Shown here piece by piece: positions 37,376 to 46,276 of a stretch of DNA of 64,000 bases. The notes under the pieces were generated by a model that did no database searches, had not been told where the DNA came from, and saw only the letters and a program-made list of their open reading frames with translations. Location: sequence record MW812341.1, one strand, 5' to 3'. The first letter of the stretch is position 1. Every line of letters begins with the position of its first letter. Position numbers and translations under genes: made by a program.

Positions 37376-38323
37376 TTAATCAGTTAACATCGGTCCGCGT
37401 TCACGGTCGATATGCTTGTTGAGGCCCTTGGTGCGTTTCCAGGAAACAGCGTCCTCAGTTTTACCGATGCCGTAAGAGCCTGGCAGTTTGGTGTAACACA
37501 ACAGATTACCCAACAAGTGTTCAGCAGGCACATTACCCGCAAAGGTCGTTGCGCTAATTTCTTCGTGGGATTGACTGGCGAGCTTCATGGCAGCGGCCAC
37601 TAAGTTACGGCCAATGCGACGCTTCTGATGTTTTGGATGCACACCCATTCCAGTCAGGGAGACCCCGCCCCAATTGGTATACTCGAGCTGAACCACACCC
37701 AAAATCTCACCACCCTCACGCCACACCAGCGTACGGTATTGTCCACTACGACCACGCTCGATAACTTGGTCGGGACGGATGGTGCTTAGAATCCAACGTT
37801 TCAGTGGGTCGTATTCACCCTCCTCCATAATCGAACACGACAGCACTATGTTCAAATCATGCAGGTCTTTTTCGCCAATAACTTGATCAGCCAGGTCAGT
37901 GGAGATATCGACAACCCGTTTGTCCACTTCTAAATCAGCGTACGGTTTCGTTTCTGCTGACCAGTTGTTTTCAATCAGGATAAAGCCCAGGTTCTCCAGA
38001 CGGGAGATTTTCTTCTCATCCTCACCCAACATCATAAGGTTAGAAGTACCTGTGTGGTCGAGTAACAGTTGAATCGTCGTCGGACGAACAGCGTGTGCTT
38101 TCAACTGTGCGAAATGATGGCAAGCCAAGGTTTCATCACCTGGCACATTGGACGTGGCAAAGTAACCGCCCCATTCTCCCTCCATCGTAAGCCCGTAGAC
38201 AGCGATGGAAGGATTCTTTAAGAATGCATCGAGTCGGTTTGCTGAGTCTGTGCCCGGCTGTAACAACTCGCGCAATTTGCGGGCATGAACACTACCCCAA
38301 AATACTCGCGCAATGCTATACAT
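37376..38323 (-). CDS. Two-domain GNAT acetyltransferase
   Basis: C-half GMGVHPKHQKRRIGRNLV (motif A) and N.PAEHL; N-half ends RLENLGF. Confidence 0.75.
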   Translation of the reverse strand: MYSIARVFWGSVHARKLRELLQPGTDSANRLDAFLKNPSIAVYGLTMEGEWGGYFATSNVPGDETLACHHFAQLKAHAVRPTTIQLLLDHTGTSNLMMLGEDEKKISRLENLGFILIENNWSAETKPYADLEVDKRVVDISTDLADQVIGEKDLHDLNIVLSCSIMEEGEYDPLKRWILSTIRPDQVIERGRSGQYRTLVWREGGEILGVVQLEYTNWGGVSLTGMGVHPKHQKRRIGRNLVAAAMKLASQSHEEISATTFAGNVPAEHLLGNLLCYTKLPGSYGIGKTEDAVSWKRTKGLNKHIDRERGPMLTD

Positions 38324-38349
38324 GTTTTACCCCAAATGAGTGTAGTCTA

Positions 38350-38375
38350 CACAAGATCTATTACAAACGTAAAAA
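38350..38375 (-). promoter_or_regulatory. Class-2 motif TTTTTACG-N14-TGTG
   Basis: Upstream of the GNAT/dam operon. Confidence 0.5.
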
Positions 38376-38378
38376 GAC

Positions 38379-38409
38379 AAAAAATATAAGGGAGCCGAAG
38401 CCCCCTTAT
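38379..38409 (-). terminator. Intrinsic terminator (imperfect stem)
   Basis: ATAAGGG..GC-TTCG-GC..CCCTTAT plus T tract. Confidence 0.65.
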
Positions 38410-38419
38410 TTAGTTCTTA

Positions 38420-39067
38420 TTATTTCCAGTCTAACGAACCGGTCAAGTTACTGCCGGTCAGCGTCAGGTCGTGTTCACTTTCAACGTTCGCATAACGGTC
38501 AGCGAAGTTCTTGATATATGCCATGGTGCGGAACAGGATTTCTTTCGCGTCATCTGGGATATCATCATCGAACGCAACGTTCTTACCGGCGATGAACATA
38601 TAACCAACGTGCTTACCGTTCGGGTTGCTGTATCCGTACTGCAAGTCCACGTAGTGCGGCTGCTTAGCAGTATAGGCGCGCAGGTTGTTATCGAAGAACG
38701 CCGCCACGGACAGATATGCCGATGCTGCTTCTTCCGATACGTTAACCGCCAGACGAGCGATAACAGAAACATGCAGACCGTAGGTAGAGATAGCCGCACG
38801 GCGATGACCGCGAATCACACCAACAACTTCGTCTTTGTGATAAATCACAAAGGTATTCATGGTGCTGTCCTGGAAACCGGCCAGTTTAAAGTCACCCTGA
38901 TACAGGTTAATGAACAGCTTACCGTGGATAGGTGCCTGTGGCGGGAAGATGTTTACTTCCGGCTCGACGACTGTGGTATTGGTAGCGTCAGATAATTTCT
39001 GGGCGATAGTTGCACCCGGTTGGGCGGCGGTGGTATTCTTTTTAGCTGCGTTGGTACGTGGTGCCAT
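38420..39067 (-). CDS. Hypothetical protein with low-complexity N-terminus
   Basis: GAGGAG RBS; 215 aa; own terminator. Confidence 0.85.
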   Translation of the reverse strand: MAPRTNAAKKNTTAAQPGATIAQKLSDATNTTVVEPEVNIFPPQAPIHGKLFINLYQGDFKLAGFQDSTMNTFVIYHKDEVVGVIRGHRRAAISTYGLHVSVIARLAVNVSEEAASAYLSVAAFFDNNLRAYTAKQPHYVDLQYGYSNPNGKHVGYMFIAGKNVAFDDDIPDDAKEILFRTMAYIKNFADRYANVESEHDLTLTGSNLTGSLDWK

Positions 39068-39091
39068 TATGATGCTCCTCAGTGGGATGGA

Positions 39092-39466
39092 TTATTTTGC
39101 AGAGAAGTAAGTCGCAAAGACTGCGCGATCTTGTTCAATGCGGGTGAAATGTTTAGGTTCGTTCACGCAGTCGCCACACAGATGAATCTGCGGGTCTGCT
39201 GGGTTGTGTCCGTAACAAGACCATGGGATAGCATCACGCTGCGCCATCATCTTGCCACAGTCCACACACGCCACTGGTGAGCCATACAGCTCTTCCAGCA
39301 ACGCGTCATTACAAGCACGACAAAGGAAGTGTGTTTCGCACTTCTTGTCAACAATCTGGGTAACAGTACGTGAAGCCCAACCACCAACGTGGAGATGCTT
39401 GCAGTGATTCGCGCTGTGAATAGTCACAGGCGTCTTGTAAGACCCATGGTAGTAGATTGGTTTCAT
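39092..39466 (-). CDS. Cys/His-rich putative Zn-binding protein
   Basis: CRAC, CVDC, CGDC, HCKH. Confidence 0.65.
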   Translation of the reverse strand: MKPIYYHGSYKTPVTIHSANHCKHLHVGGWASRTVTQIVDKKCETHFLCRACNDALLEELYGSPVACVDCGKMMAQRDAIPWSCYGHNPADPQIHLCGDCVNEPKHFTRIEQDRAVFATYFSAK

Positions 39467-39469
39467 GAC

Positions 39470-39826
39470 TTACCCTCTTGCTTTAGAGCTGTGGACGATA
39501 CGGCCTTGTTCAGTGACCTTAACGCGAGCAGCCTTCATGTATTCAAATCCAGCTTCGCACTTCACGGTGTAGCGGGCTTTGCCGAACTTGGAAGACAGCA
39601 CAACTTCATAGGTCAGGCGGATTGCATCAGCAACACGCAGAATGGTTTCGAAGGAAACGTTCTTGCTACGGCCGTTCTTAATCGCACCGATAGTTGCCAC
39701 CGATACCTGACACAGTTGAGCTAACTCACGCTGTGTGGTTTTGGTGTTCAACTCTTCGATGATGAAAGACAGATGAGTCATGAAAGTTTCTTTAGCAGCA
39801 CGAGTAGCAACATGTTGATAGCGCAT
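39470..39826 (-). CDS. XRE/Cro-CI family helix-turn-helix regulator
   Basis: TQRELAQLCQVSVATIGAIKNGRSKNVSFETILRVADAI. Confidence 0.85.
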   Translation of the reverse strand: MRYQHVATRAAKETFMTHLSFIIEELNTKTTQRELAQLCQVSVATIGAIKNGRSKNVSFETILRVADAIRLTYEVVLSSKFGKARYTVKCEAGFEYMKAARVKVTEQGRIVHSSKARG

Positions 39827-39841
39827 GATAATATTCCTTGA

Positions 39842-40225
39842 TTAACGATGGGTAACAGTATAAGCGGGCACAAAGAAACCGTCAGCATGAAGCCGACCGT
39901 AACGGTGCATTTCGGGTGTAACATATTCCACAGGTATCCGGAAGCATGGTGTAGCGCGTTTGTTGCAGTAAGCGCAATCGTCAGCGTCCTCCCAATACTC
40001 CCAGGTTCCGTGTTCTGGGGTCTTACCAATGATGCGTGTAATGCTACGCATCGCTTCCCGGTCGATATCACAATCACCACGAGGGTTCGGGGTGTGTTTG
40101 TCGAACTCAGCCAGGGACATTAATTCGAATGCGTTAATCTCAATGCCAGGATGGCGAAAGGATTTAGCGTATTTGTGTAACCAGAGTTTCATGCGTAGGT
40201 TACGGATTGTTTTTAAGATGTTCAT
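39842..40225 (-). CDS. Hypothetical protein with CxxC
   Basis: CAYC..PCF..H; AAGGAG RBS. Confidence 0.75.
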   Translation of the reverse strand: MNILKTIRNLRMKLWLHKYAKSFRHPGIEINAFELMSLAEFDKHTPNPRGDCDIDREAMRSITRIIGKTPEHGTWEYWEDADDCAYCNKRATPCFRIPVEYVTPEMHRYGRLHADGFFVPAYTVTHR

Positions 40226-40249
40226 GAGTTACTCCTTGATAATCGAATA

Positions 40250-40277
40250 AGGCACTACTCCCGAGAGAGTAGTGCCT
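40250..40277 (-). terminator. Hairpin, possible terminator
   Basis: AGGCACTACTC/GAGTAGTGCCT 11-bp stem; weak U tract. Confidence 0.55.
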
Positions 40278-40282
40278 TTAGG

Positions 40283-40519
40283 TTACATTTTAGGTCTACG
40301 TGGCACAGGAGCTGATGGTGTAGACGTTGAGTCTAACTTATCCATCAACTTCTTAATAAGCTCATCAATGTCACAGTCCTCACCTGCATACTTCATCAAG
40401 TCTGCTCGGGATAGTCCCAAGTCTTCTGGCTTGATACCATGAAGTGCAAGTAGGCGTGCGGTGAATCTATTAATCCAGTTTAACTTCTTCAATGTGATTT
40501 TTACGTCTTGTCTGTTCAT
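40283..40519 (-). CDS. Hypothetical early protein (start MNRQD)
   Basis: AAGGAG RBS before 40519; downstream of early motif. Confidence 0.75.
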   Translation of the reverse strand: MNRQDVKITLKKLNWINRFTARLLALHGIKPEDLGLSRADLMKYAGEDCDIDELIKKLMDKLDSTSTPSAPVPRRPKM

Positions 40520-40567
40520 AGCGAACTCCTTATTTATAGTTATAATTTCCAACATTAATTTCTAATG

Positions 40568-40598
40568 TCACCTAAATAATATCTATCTGAGATTATTT
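40568..40598 (-). promoter_or_regulatory. Putative early promoter
   Basis: Minus strand AAATAATCTCAGATAGATATTATTTAGGTGA. Confidence 0.7.
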
Positions 40599-40602
40599 AG
40601 AG

Positions 40603-40629
40603 CATAGGAGGGTGCGCTAACGTAAAAAA
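40603..40629 (-). promoter_or_regulatory. Class-2 motif TTTTTTACG-N14-TATG
   Basis: Directly upstream of the early motif (tandem arrangement). Confidence 0.55.
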
Positions 40630-40658
40630 TAAGCAACCCCTTACCCGAAGGTAAGGGG
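40624..40658 (-). terminator. Intrinsic terminator
   Basis: CCCCTTACC-TTCG-GGTAAGGGG plus T tract. Confidence 0.85.
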
Positions 40659-40664
40659 CACTAC

Positions 40665-41330
40665 TTAGGCGATCATTGTAGCAGTAGGATTACGTTCTTG
40701 TAATTCATCAGCATACGCCCTGACAATCTTCGCGGCTACATCCAGTGCAGCGAACTGAGAAGTCTTCTCGTTCAGCTGAATCCACTCGAACTTGTTACCG
40801 CCCTCGGTCAGAATCTGGAAGGCGTAACGATAACGTGCACAGGCTGCTTCCCAAGCTTCTGGAGAGACGAACATCTTTCCGCTTACTGCCGCATCCCAAT
40901 CGTGCCCTTTCTCTTCCAGGCGCTTCTGGTTGCGTTTAACAGCGGTTTCATAACCGACTTCCATCGAGACGTAGATAGTAGGTGAACCCGGCATGTTGCA
41001 AATGCCTGTGCGGAACACTTCTTCTTTCCCTTCATCGCCCTGATTGGCAATCGTTACCGGTGCCCAGCGGTCACACAGAACAACGTCGAAACGTGGAACC
41101 ATGTTGTGCAGCGTGTACTCAAAATCCTGGCACATGGCACGAGCGACGATATCGTTCGCCTTACCCGACACCAATTGTAGACGAGCATAACGCCCCGTCT
41201 CTGTCAATGCCTGCGGATGGTTAGCAACCCCCACGCGCAGACCCAGCCCCTCCAGTATCTTTGCAACTTTAGCAACGGTAGTGGATTTGCCGGAATAATC
41301 CGGGCCATCGAAAGCCACGGTAATCGTCAT
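40665..41330 (-). CDS. tmk: Thymidylate kinase
   Basis: VAFDGPDYSGKST P-loop, VVLCDRW (DR motif), NMP kinase length. Confidence 0.85.
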   Translation of the reverse strand: MTITVAFDGPDYSGKSTTVAKVAKILEGLGLRVGVANHPQALTETGRYARLQLVSGKANDIVARAMCQDFEYTLHNMVPRFDVVLCDRWAPVTIANQGDEGKEEVFRTGICNMPGSPTIYVSMEVGYETAVKRNQKRLEEKGHDWDAAVSGKMFVSPEAWEAACARYRYAFQILTEGGNKFEWIQLNEKTSQFAALDVAAKIVRAYADELQERNPTATMIA

Positions 41331-41365
41331 TGTTCTATCCCCATTTCAAATTAAGCAAGTGTGTT

Positions 41366-41390
41366 CACATAATGAGCATCTCACGTAAAA
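41366..41390 (-). promoter_or_regulatory. Class-2 motif TTTTACG-N14-TGTG
   Basis: Upstream of tmk. Confidence 0.5.
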
Positions 41391-41391
41391 C

Positions 41392-41429
41392 AAAAAAAAA
41401 AATAAAACAGGCACCCCGAAGGATGCCTG
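41392..41429 (-). terminator. Intrinsic terminator
   Basis: CAGGCATCC-TTCG-GGGTGCCTG plus long T tract. Confidence 0.85.
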
Positions 41430-41442
41430 ACATTAGGTGCTA

Positions 41443-42201
41443 TTAGAAGAGCGTGCCAGGTTTCTTCATTTCCGGCGTCCAGCTGTGCTCAATCCACGCC
41501 TCAATAACCGGTTTGATACCGGGATTATTAAAGAATGCATTTAACGACGGCCATTCCCCTAACGCATACTTGTTAGTGATGTTGAGCGACGTTACACTAA
41601 AGCCTTCATTTTTGTTGAAGAATGCAGAAGGTGCCAAGGAATAGGACACCATGACCTGCGGCATTTCTTTTCCAGACCATAGGAGAGTCAATCGACGGAT
41701 AGCACGTAATTCAATGTCATTGAAATTACCCCGGATGTTTTCCTCGCACTTGACGCTACGATGGAAACGATCCCCCGTTTCAGATGCCTTGTTTATCAGA
41801 CGTTCTGTTTTCAATACGTCTTTAAAATACGCATTGATACATTCTTCAATGTATACGAAACGCGGTGCTGCCTCACGCAGTGCCTCTAAGTCGTACTCTT
41901 TCCACGCAGGAAGTAGTTCGGTCTTGCGGGCTACATGCTTAAAGAACATCCTGGCTGATGTGCCCCGCATAGCCTTCACCAACTGACGAAGAACATCTTC
42001 GTGCGTTGCATTAGGTGCAAAGAACTCCACCCCACCGTGAATAAAGGTACCGCCCGAATCCGCAGTGACGAGCTTATGCTCGAGCGCTGTTGGCATTCCG
42101 TTTTTGCCGACCTGTTCTGGGTTATGCAGAAACACATAACGATAGGTGCCGCAAAGGGTAGGGACAGACAGGAACTCTTTCTTCGTAATAATAGCAGTCA
42201 T
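41443..42201 (-). CDS. Hypothetical protein
   Basis: 252-aa ORF with RBS. Confidence 0.8.
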   Translation of the reverse strand: MTAIITKKEFLSVPTLCGTYRYVFLHNPEQVGKNGMPTALEHKLVTADSGGTFIHGGVEFFAPNATHEDVLRQLVKAMRGTSARMFFKHVARKTELLPAWKEYDLEALREAAPRFVYIEECINAYFKDVLKTERLINKASETGDRFHRSVKCEENIRGNFNDIELRAIRRLTLLWSGKEMPQVMVSYSLAPSAFFNKNEGFSVTSLNITNKYALGEWPSLNAFFNNPGIKPVIEAWIEHSWTPEMKKPGTLF

Positions 42202-42251
42202 GATATTTCTCTCTTAGTTTAAAGTGATGCGTTTTAACCGACGCACTACGG

Positions 42252-42278
42252 CATAGGGAATGGTACCCACGTAAAAAA
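42252..42278 (-). promoter_or_regulatory. Class-2 motif TTTTTTACG-N14-TATG
   Basis: No hairpin upstream, so the T-run is not a terminator tail. Confidence 0.55.
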
Positions 42279-42285
42279 GTACCAG

Positions 42286-42627
42286 TTATTCGTCTTCGCG
42301 GTTATCCACGAAGACCAAATCTTTCTGGCGGCAAAGCATTGCTTTACACGCTGCGCGCATGACGGGTTTGATTAAATCCTGACGGGGCATCTTCCGGTAG
42401 TTGAGTTCGTAGTGTTTGCAATTAAATGTGTTGTCCTGCGTAGCCCAGATGACTTGCATCGGTGCACCAGTCTTCGTGTAAATGACAATATACTTAGATT
42501 GCTCTAACGCATTAGCTAACGCAGAATGTGCCCAGAGTTTCAGATGATCACGTTCCGGAACCCGTTGAATACCCGGCTCTTTAATTAGGTCTTCATAGCT
42601 GTTAAATACTTTGATTTCGTTTTCCAC
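42286..42627 (-). CDS. Hypothetical early protein (GTG start)
   Basis: AAGGAG RBS; downstream of early-like motif. Confidence 0.75.
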   Translation of the reverse strand: MENEIKVFNSYEDLIKEPGIQRVPERDHLKLWAHSALANALEQSKYIVIYTKTGAPMQVIWATQDNTFNCKHYELNYRKMPRQDLIKPVMRAACKAMLCRQKDLVFVDNREDE

Positions 42628-42670
42628 AATAACGCTCCTTGATAGTCGAGGGTAAAAGAATAGATTGTAT

Positions 42671-42700
42671 TCTCACCTAGGTAAAATCTATCCAAAAAAA
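42671..42700 (-). promoter_or_regulatory. Putative early promoter (variant)
   Basis: Minus strand TTTTTTTGGATAGATTTTACCTAGGTGAGA. Confidence 0.55.
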
Positions 42701-42734
42701 TATAGAGTACACCCACCCCGAAGGGTGGGATACT
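42694..42734 (-). terminator. Intrinsic terminator
   Basis: CCCACCC-TTCG-GGGTGGG plus T tract. Confidence 0.75.
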
Positions 42735-43333
42735 TATTGGTGCGCAACCGTCGGCTCTGACCATTCACCTTCCGTTACTGGTTGGTTCAGGGAAGTGGCG
42801 ACATCAGCATGGACAACCAACGGCGTCAAGGCACGCTCAGCCAGATAGTGTTGCAGACGGAAAGCTTCCTTCTCGTCATTCACGACTACCAGCTCGGCAC
42901 GTCTCATCATTTCGATGGCTGCTTCGGCTTCTTGTTGCGTAGGTGCACGGGTGTTACCCTGCGCTACCGATACCAGGCGCTCGCGAGCAAGTCCTGCGAT
43001 GTTGCAGAACGCGTCACGTAAGTCAACCAGGTTATCACGGTACTCAGTATCATTCACGCCATCCTTTAACAGGAAGCGGTACGGAGACTGACGACGGTGA
43101 CGGTGCATCACACACACTGCTTTGTGAAGAATCCCACGAACATGTTTAAAGTTGTTCAGGGATTTGGGTTTGTCCATCCCAGTCACCTTACACGCAATCT
43201 CCAGAACAGTCGCAATGTGATACAGGCGGCTCACCCCTTTACGGCGAACACAAACCCGAACCGGCAGCTTCTTGTGCTTGTCGATATACGCGTTGGTGAT
43301 CAAAAACAGAGAATCCAAAATCATCTCGGGCAT
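42734..43333 (-). CDS. Hypothetical protein
   Basis: 199-aa ORF. Confidence 0.75.
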   Translation of the reverse strand: MPEMILDSLFLITNAYIDKHKKLPVRVCVRRKGVSRLYHIATVLEIACKVTGMDKPKSLNNFKHVRGILHKAVCVMHRHRRQSPYRFLLKDGVNDTEYRDNLVDLRDAFCNIAGLARERLVSVAQGNTRAPTQQEAEAAIEMMRRAELVVVNDEKEAFRLQHYLAERALTPLVVHADVATSLNQPVTEGEWSEPTVAHQ

Positions 43334-43345
43334 TTTCTCACTCTC

Positions 43346-43714
43346 TTAGAAACCGTTACTTACGGCTCGCATAAAGTCGTGTACGGTTTGACTGTGGTCA
43401 GCCAACGCATACTTGAACTTCGATTTATCATCCCACCATCTCACAGGATAGGTGTGACCATCGTGTTTAACGTAACACATTAAGGTGAGGAAATAATGCG
43501 TGTTATAACGATAGCGCAATTCAATCGACCCATGCTCGTTCGTGAAGGTCAGGTTCGCTAACATTGTGTCGGCCCGAACGTTGTCATAATGCACGTCAAC
43601 TTTCAGACCGGGAATGCCACTTACAGCACTAACGACATCTGCGAAGGAGGCGTCGTGTTTGGTGGTGCCGTCACGCAAGGCAGCGGTGTATTTTTCGAGT
43701 TCAGAATAGAACAT
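43346..43714 (-). CDS. Hypothetical protein
   Basis: 122-aa ORF with RBS; overlaps upstream gene end. Confidence 0.75.
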   Translation of the reverse strand: MFYSELEKYTAALRDGTTKHDASFADVVSAVSGIPGLKVDVHYDNVRADTMLANLTFTNEHGSIELRYRYNTHYFLTLMCYVKHDGHTYPVRWWDDKSKFKYALADHSQTVHDFMRAVSNGF

Positions 43715-44268
43715 CCCAGTAGTCTCCCATTCCGCCCATAAGGCAGGTTCATACGATTGTAACCTTCGCCCTGAACGTTATGCCAATATACGTGGCGATT
43801 GTAGAATAGAAGATATTTATAAAACGTCGCAATCGTGACGTCTTTGACTGTACCGAGTACGTAGTCGTCTTCTGGTGAGTCAGGGAACTGCACAGCAATC
43901 CCCGTCATAATGTCACCGTCAATCTCTTCATTGAATGGTGTCACCACGCACTTAGCACACTCCATATCGACCTGGAATGCTTTCTGTCCCGTCCAATACA
44001 CGCCACGCGTCGTAGCGTTCGTTGTCTTGCTTTTGCCACGCGGTAACGCAGCAGAACTCCAACTGTATCGCTGACTACTGTCTGCGCCTTTTACAAAGGT
44101 TTGGATTTGTTCGATGGTCAGGTATTTCTCAATACCTGGTGGAAGTTGCCAGAAAGTGCCAGCCACACGCACCACTTTCCAACCCGGTCTCCGGACGAAG
44201 CCGAAACGTTTCACTGCAAAAGTAAATCGCGAACCGGTCGAATGCGGTACGCTACGAACTGACGCCAT
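43621..44268 (-). CDS. Hypothetical protein
   Basis: 215-aa ORF, AAGGAG RBS. Confidence 0.7.
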   Translation of the reverse strand: MASVRSVPHSTGSRFTFAVKRFGFVRRPGWKVVRVAGTFWQLPPGIEKYLTIEQIQTFVKGADSSQRYSWSSAALPRGKSKTTNATTRGVYWTGQKAFQVDMECAKCVVTPFNEEIDGDIMTGIAVQFPDSPEDDYVLGTVKDVTIATFYKYLLFYNRHVYWHNVQGEGYNRMNLPYGRNGRLLGCSILNSKNTPLPCVTAPPNTTPPSQMSLVL

Positions 44269-44269
44269 A

Positions 44270-44737
44270 TCACAACTCCTTAACCATATCCTGCATTTCA
44301 GTTCGGAATCCCAACCGTTGGTACATAGCCAGGGCAGCCTCGTTATTGTCGAGGACAGTCAGCTGCATAAAACGACAGCCTTTCTGTTTGCCATAGTCAC
44401 GCACCGTCTGCATCAATAACGACCCAACGCCTTTACCGCGTTGTGAGTCTTTAACGTAGAAGTTGTGAATCCATAACCATTTTTGCGCGTTCTTTCCGCT
44501 GATAGAGAACGACAAGAAACCCACGGCTTCTTGCTTCTCATCTACGGCGACCGCCATCACATCGTACGGCGTCCAAATCCCCTCTAAGGAATCTGCACCC
44601 CCAAACCCATCACGACCCGTCAGGTCACTGAGCTTGGCACGCTGGTCAGCGTACAGTTCGTTGTGTAATTGTAATAGACTGTTGTAGTAGAGTTTACCGA
44701 GACGGGAGTCAGGTTTCAAAATGAGCTTTACGTCCAT
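44270..44737 (-). CDS. GNAT family N-acetyltransferase
   Basis: FYVKDSQRGKGVGSLLM (motif A), LTVLDNNEAALAMYQRLGF. Confidence 0.92.
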   Translation of the reverse strand: MDVKLILKPDSRLGKLYYNSLLQLHNELYADQRAKLSDLTGRDGFGGADSLEGIWTPYDVMAVAVDEKQEAVGFLSFSISGKNAQKWLWIHNFYVKDSQRGKGVGSLLMQTVRDYGKQKGCRFMQLTVLDNNEAALAMYQRLGFRTEMQDMVKEL

Positions 44738-44746
44738 CTCGTATCC

Positions 44747-45913
44747 TTAGCCTTTAAGACTAGCCGCAACCCAGTTAAGGAGGCCGTCACTGACACGCGC
44801 CATAGCGGTAGTGAAAGCATCTTCCAGTGCCATCGAGTTTTTGTAGAGCATCATGGCTGCACGGAGTTCTTCACCCTCCATACCTTCCATGTTCTTCTGC
44901 ATCTCTTCCATCTCGTGATAGATACCGGTATAACTGAACACGCCGTGGCGAGCACTACGGGCTTCCATAGCCTTCACTAACTCACCAACGGCACTCAGTG
45001 CTTTCTTACACTGGTCACGCGTCAGTGGGTCAATGTTTGCCCCAAGCTTGGCTTCACGGCCTACCCCGAACTCAATCTTTTCTTTCACGCCTTTACCGTG
45101 GTTTACGATAATGACGTTACCGGCAATCGGACGAGCCTTCACATCGTTCTGTGTGAAACGGCCAAGCAAACCAGAAGCACGGTGAATTGCCGCGTTAGAG
45201 CCATAGCCCAACTTCGACAAGGTACCGTCTGCTTGTTCCTGATAACGCCCGACCAGTAACCCTTCCATCTGCCGCACTTTCACGGTGTATGATTTCACCA
45301 TGTTGTTGAGGTCACCGGAATGGTTCGCCAGCCAGATACAGGCGTCCAGGTCAACCTTATCTAGCAAACAGATACAGGATACCCAGGACATGGTTTTGAT
45401 AGGCGTGCCAGGCAGCTCTTTGGTTTCATCGAGAGTACGGTCAAGCTTCTGACGTTTCTTCTCAACCGATGGTGCCTTCTCTGCCAACTCATGGAGCTTG
45501 GCTTTGAACTTTGGCCCGTAATGGGCCGCCCACTCTTTGAACTTACCAGACAAAGCGACAGACACCTTACCGCTGGCCTTACCAACGGCCTTAGCCCCTT
45601 TCGCGGTACCCTTAGCAGCAAGCTTGGCAGCACCGGCGGTACCCTTGGCGGCAATCTTCACGGTCTTCTTGGCAAAACGTGTTGCTGTTTTACCTTCCAC
45701 CGCTGCGTCTGCCATAACCTGAGCACGTTCCATCATAGCACGCGATTCACGCGCCACTTGTTCTTCCCACTCTTGCTCGATGTTAGCAAGAACACCCCAG
45801 CGTTGTGCGATGGAGCGTACCATTGGGTCTTCAATACCACGACCACGGGATTCTAACGCCACAACGGTGTCGTAGTCTTCCCACAGGGTGGCGAAATCAA
45901 AATCAGCCGACAT
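44747..45913 (-). CDS. Putative internal head (ejection) protein with AXE-cleaved propeptide (start MSADF)
   Basis: Acidic N-terminus with VALES, ARES, AVEG sites followed by Lys/Ala-rich segment; GGAGGAG RBS before 45913. Confidence 0.6.
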   Translation of the reverse strand: MSADFDFATLWEDYDTVVALESRGRGIEDPMVRSIAQRWGVLANIEQEWEEQVARESRAMMERAQVMADAAVEGKTATRFAKKTVKIAAKGTAGAAKLAAKGTAKGAKAVGKASGKVSVALSGKFKEWAAHYGPKFKAKLHELAEKAPSVEKKRQKLDRTLDETKELPGTPIKTMSWVSCICLLDKVDLDACIWLANHSGDLNNMVKSYTVKVRQMEGLLVGRYQEQADGTLSKLGYGSNAAIHRASGLLGRFTQNDVKARPIAGNVIIVNHGKGVKEKIEFGVGREAKLGANIDPLTRDQCKKALSAVGELVKAMEARSARHGVFSYTGIYHEMEEMQKNMEGMEGEELRAAMMLYKNSMALEDAFTTAMARVSDGLLNWVAASLKG

Positions 45914-45915
45914 GG

Positions 45916-46269
45916 TTACTCCTCCAGTTCCGGCAGGTCTACCGTTTGTCCCGCTAACGCATGGGTGCAGTCCGATAAGAACTCGATACGACCGTCCCGA
46001 ACAAACGAGTGGCATACACCACAGGTAAAGACATCCGCTGGGTCTTCTTCCGGATGTTCAGCCAGATAGGTACACCAGCAATCACCAGTGTGCCCATCTG
46101 TATAATGTCCGGAACGAACCAACACCGACGGAGATAACGTAGGCTTGTCACTGTTCCCGTTCCATTGCCATTGAGGGCCACCCGGCGTTTTCACGTTGAC
46201 GGTATGGCGAACCTCACAGCCTGGGCAGAGAAACGACAGTTTGCCGTCAGACGTTCCTTTTACGCGCAT
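45916..46269 (-). CDS. DUF6527-family protein (start MRVKG)
   Basis: FLCPGC..H..W.WNG..KPTLSPSVLV..CHSFV.DG.I.FL.DCTH.LAGQTV.LP; GAGGT RBS. Confidence 0.7.
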   Translation of the reverse strand: MRVKGTSDGKLSFLCPGCEVRHTVNVKTPGGPQWQWNGNSDKPTLSPSVLVRSGHYTDGHTGDCWCTYLAEHPEEDPADVFTCGVCHSFVRDGRIEFLSDCTHALAGQTVDLPELEE

Positions 46270-46276
46270 GACTACC

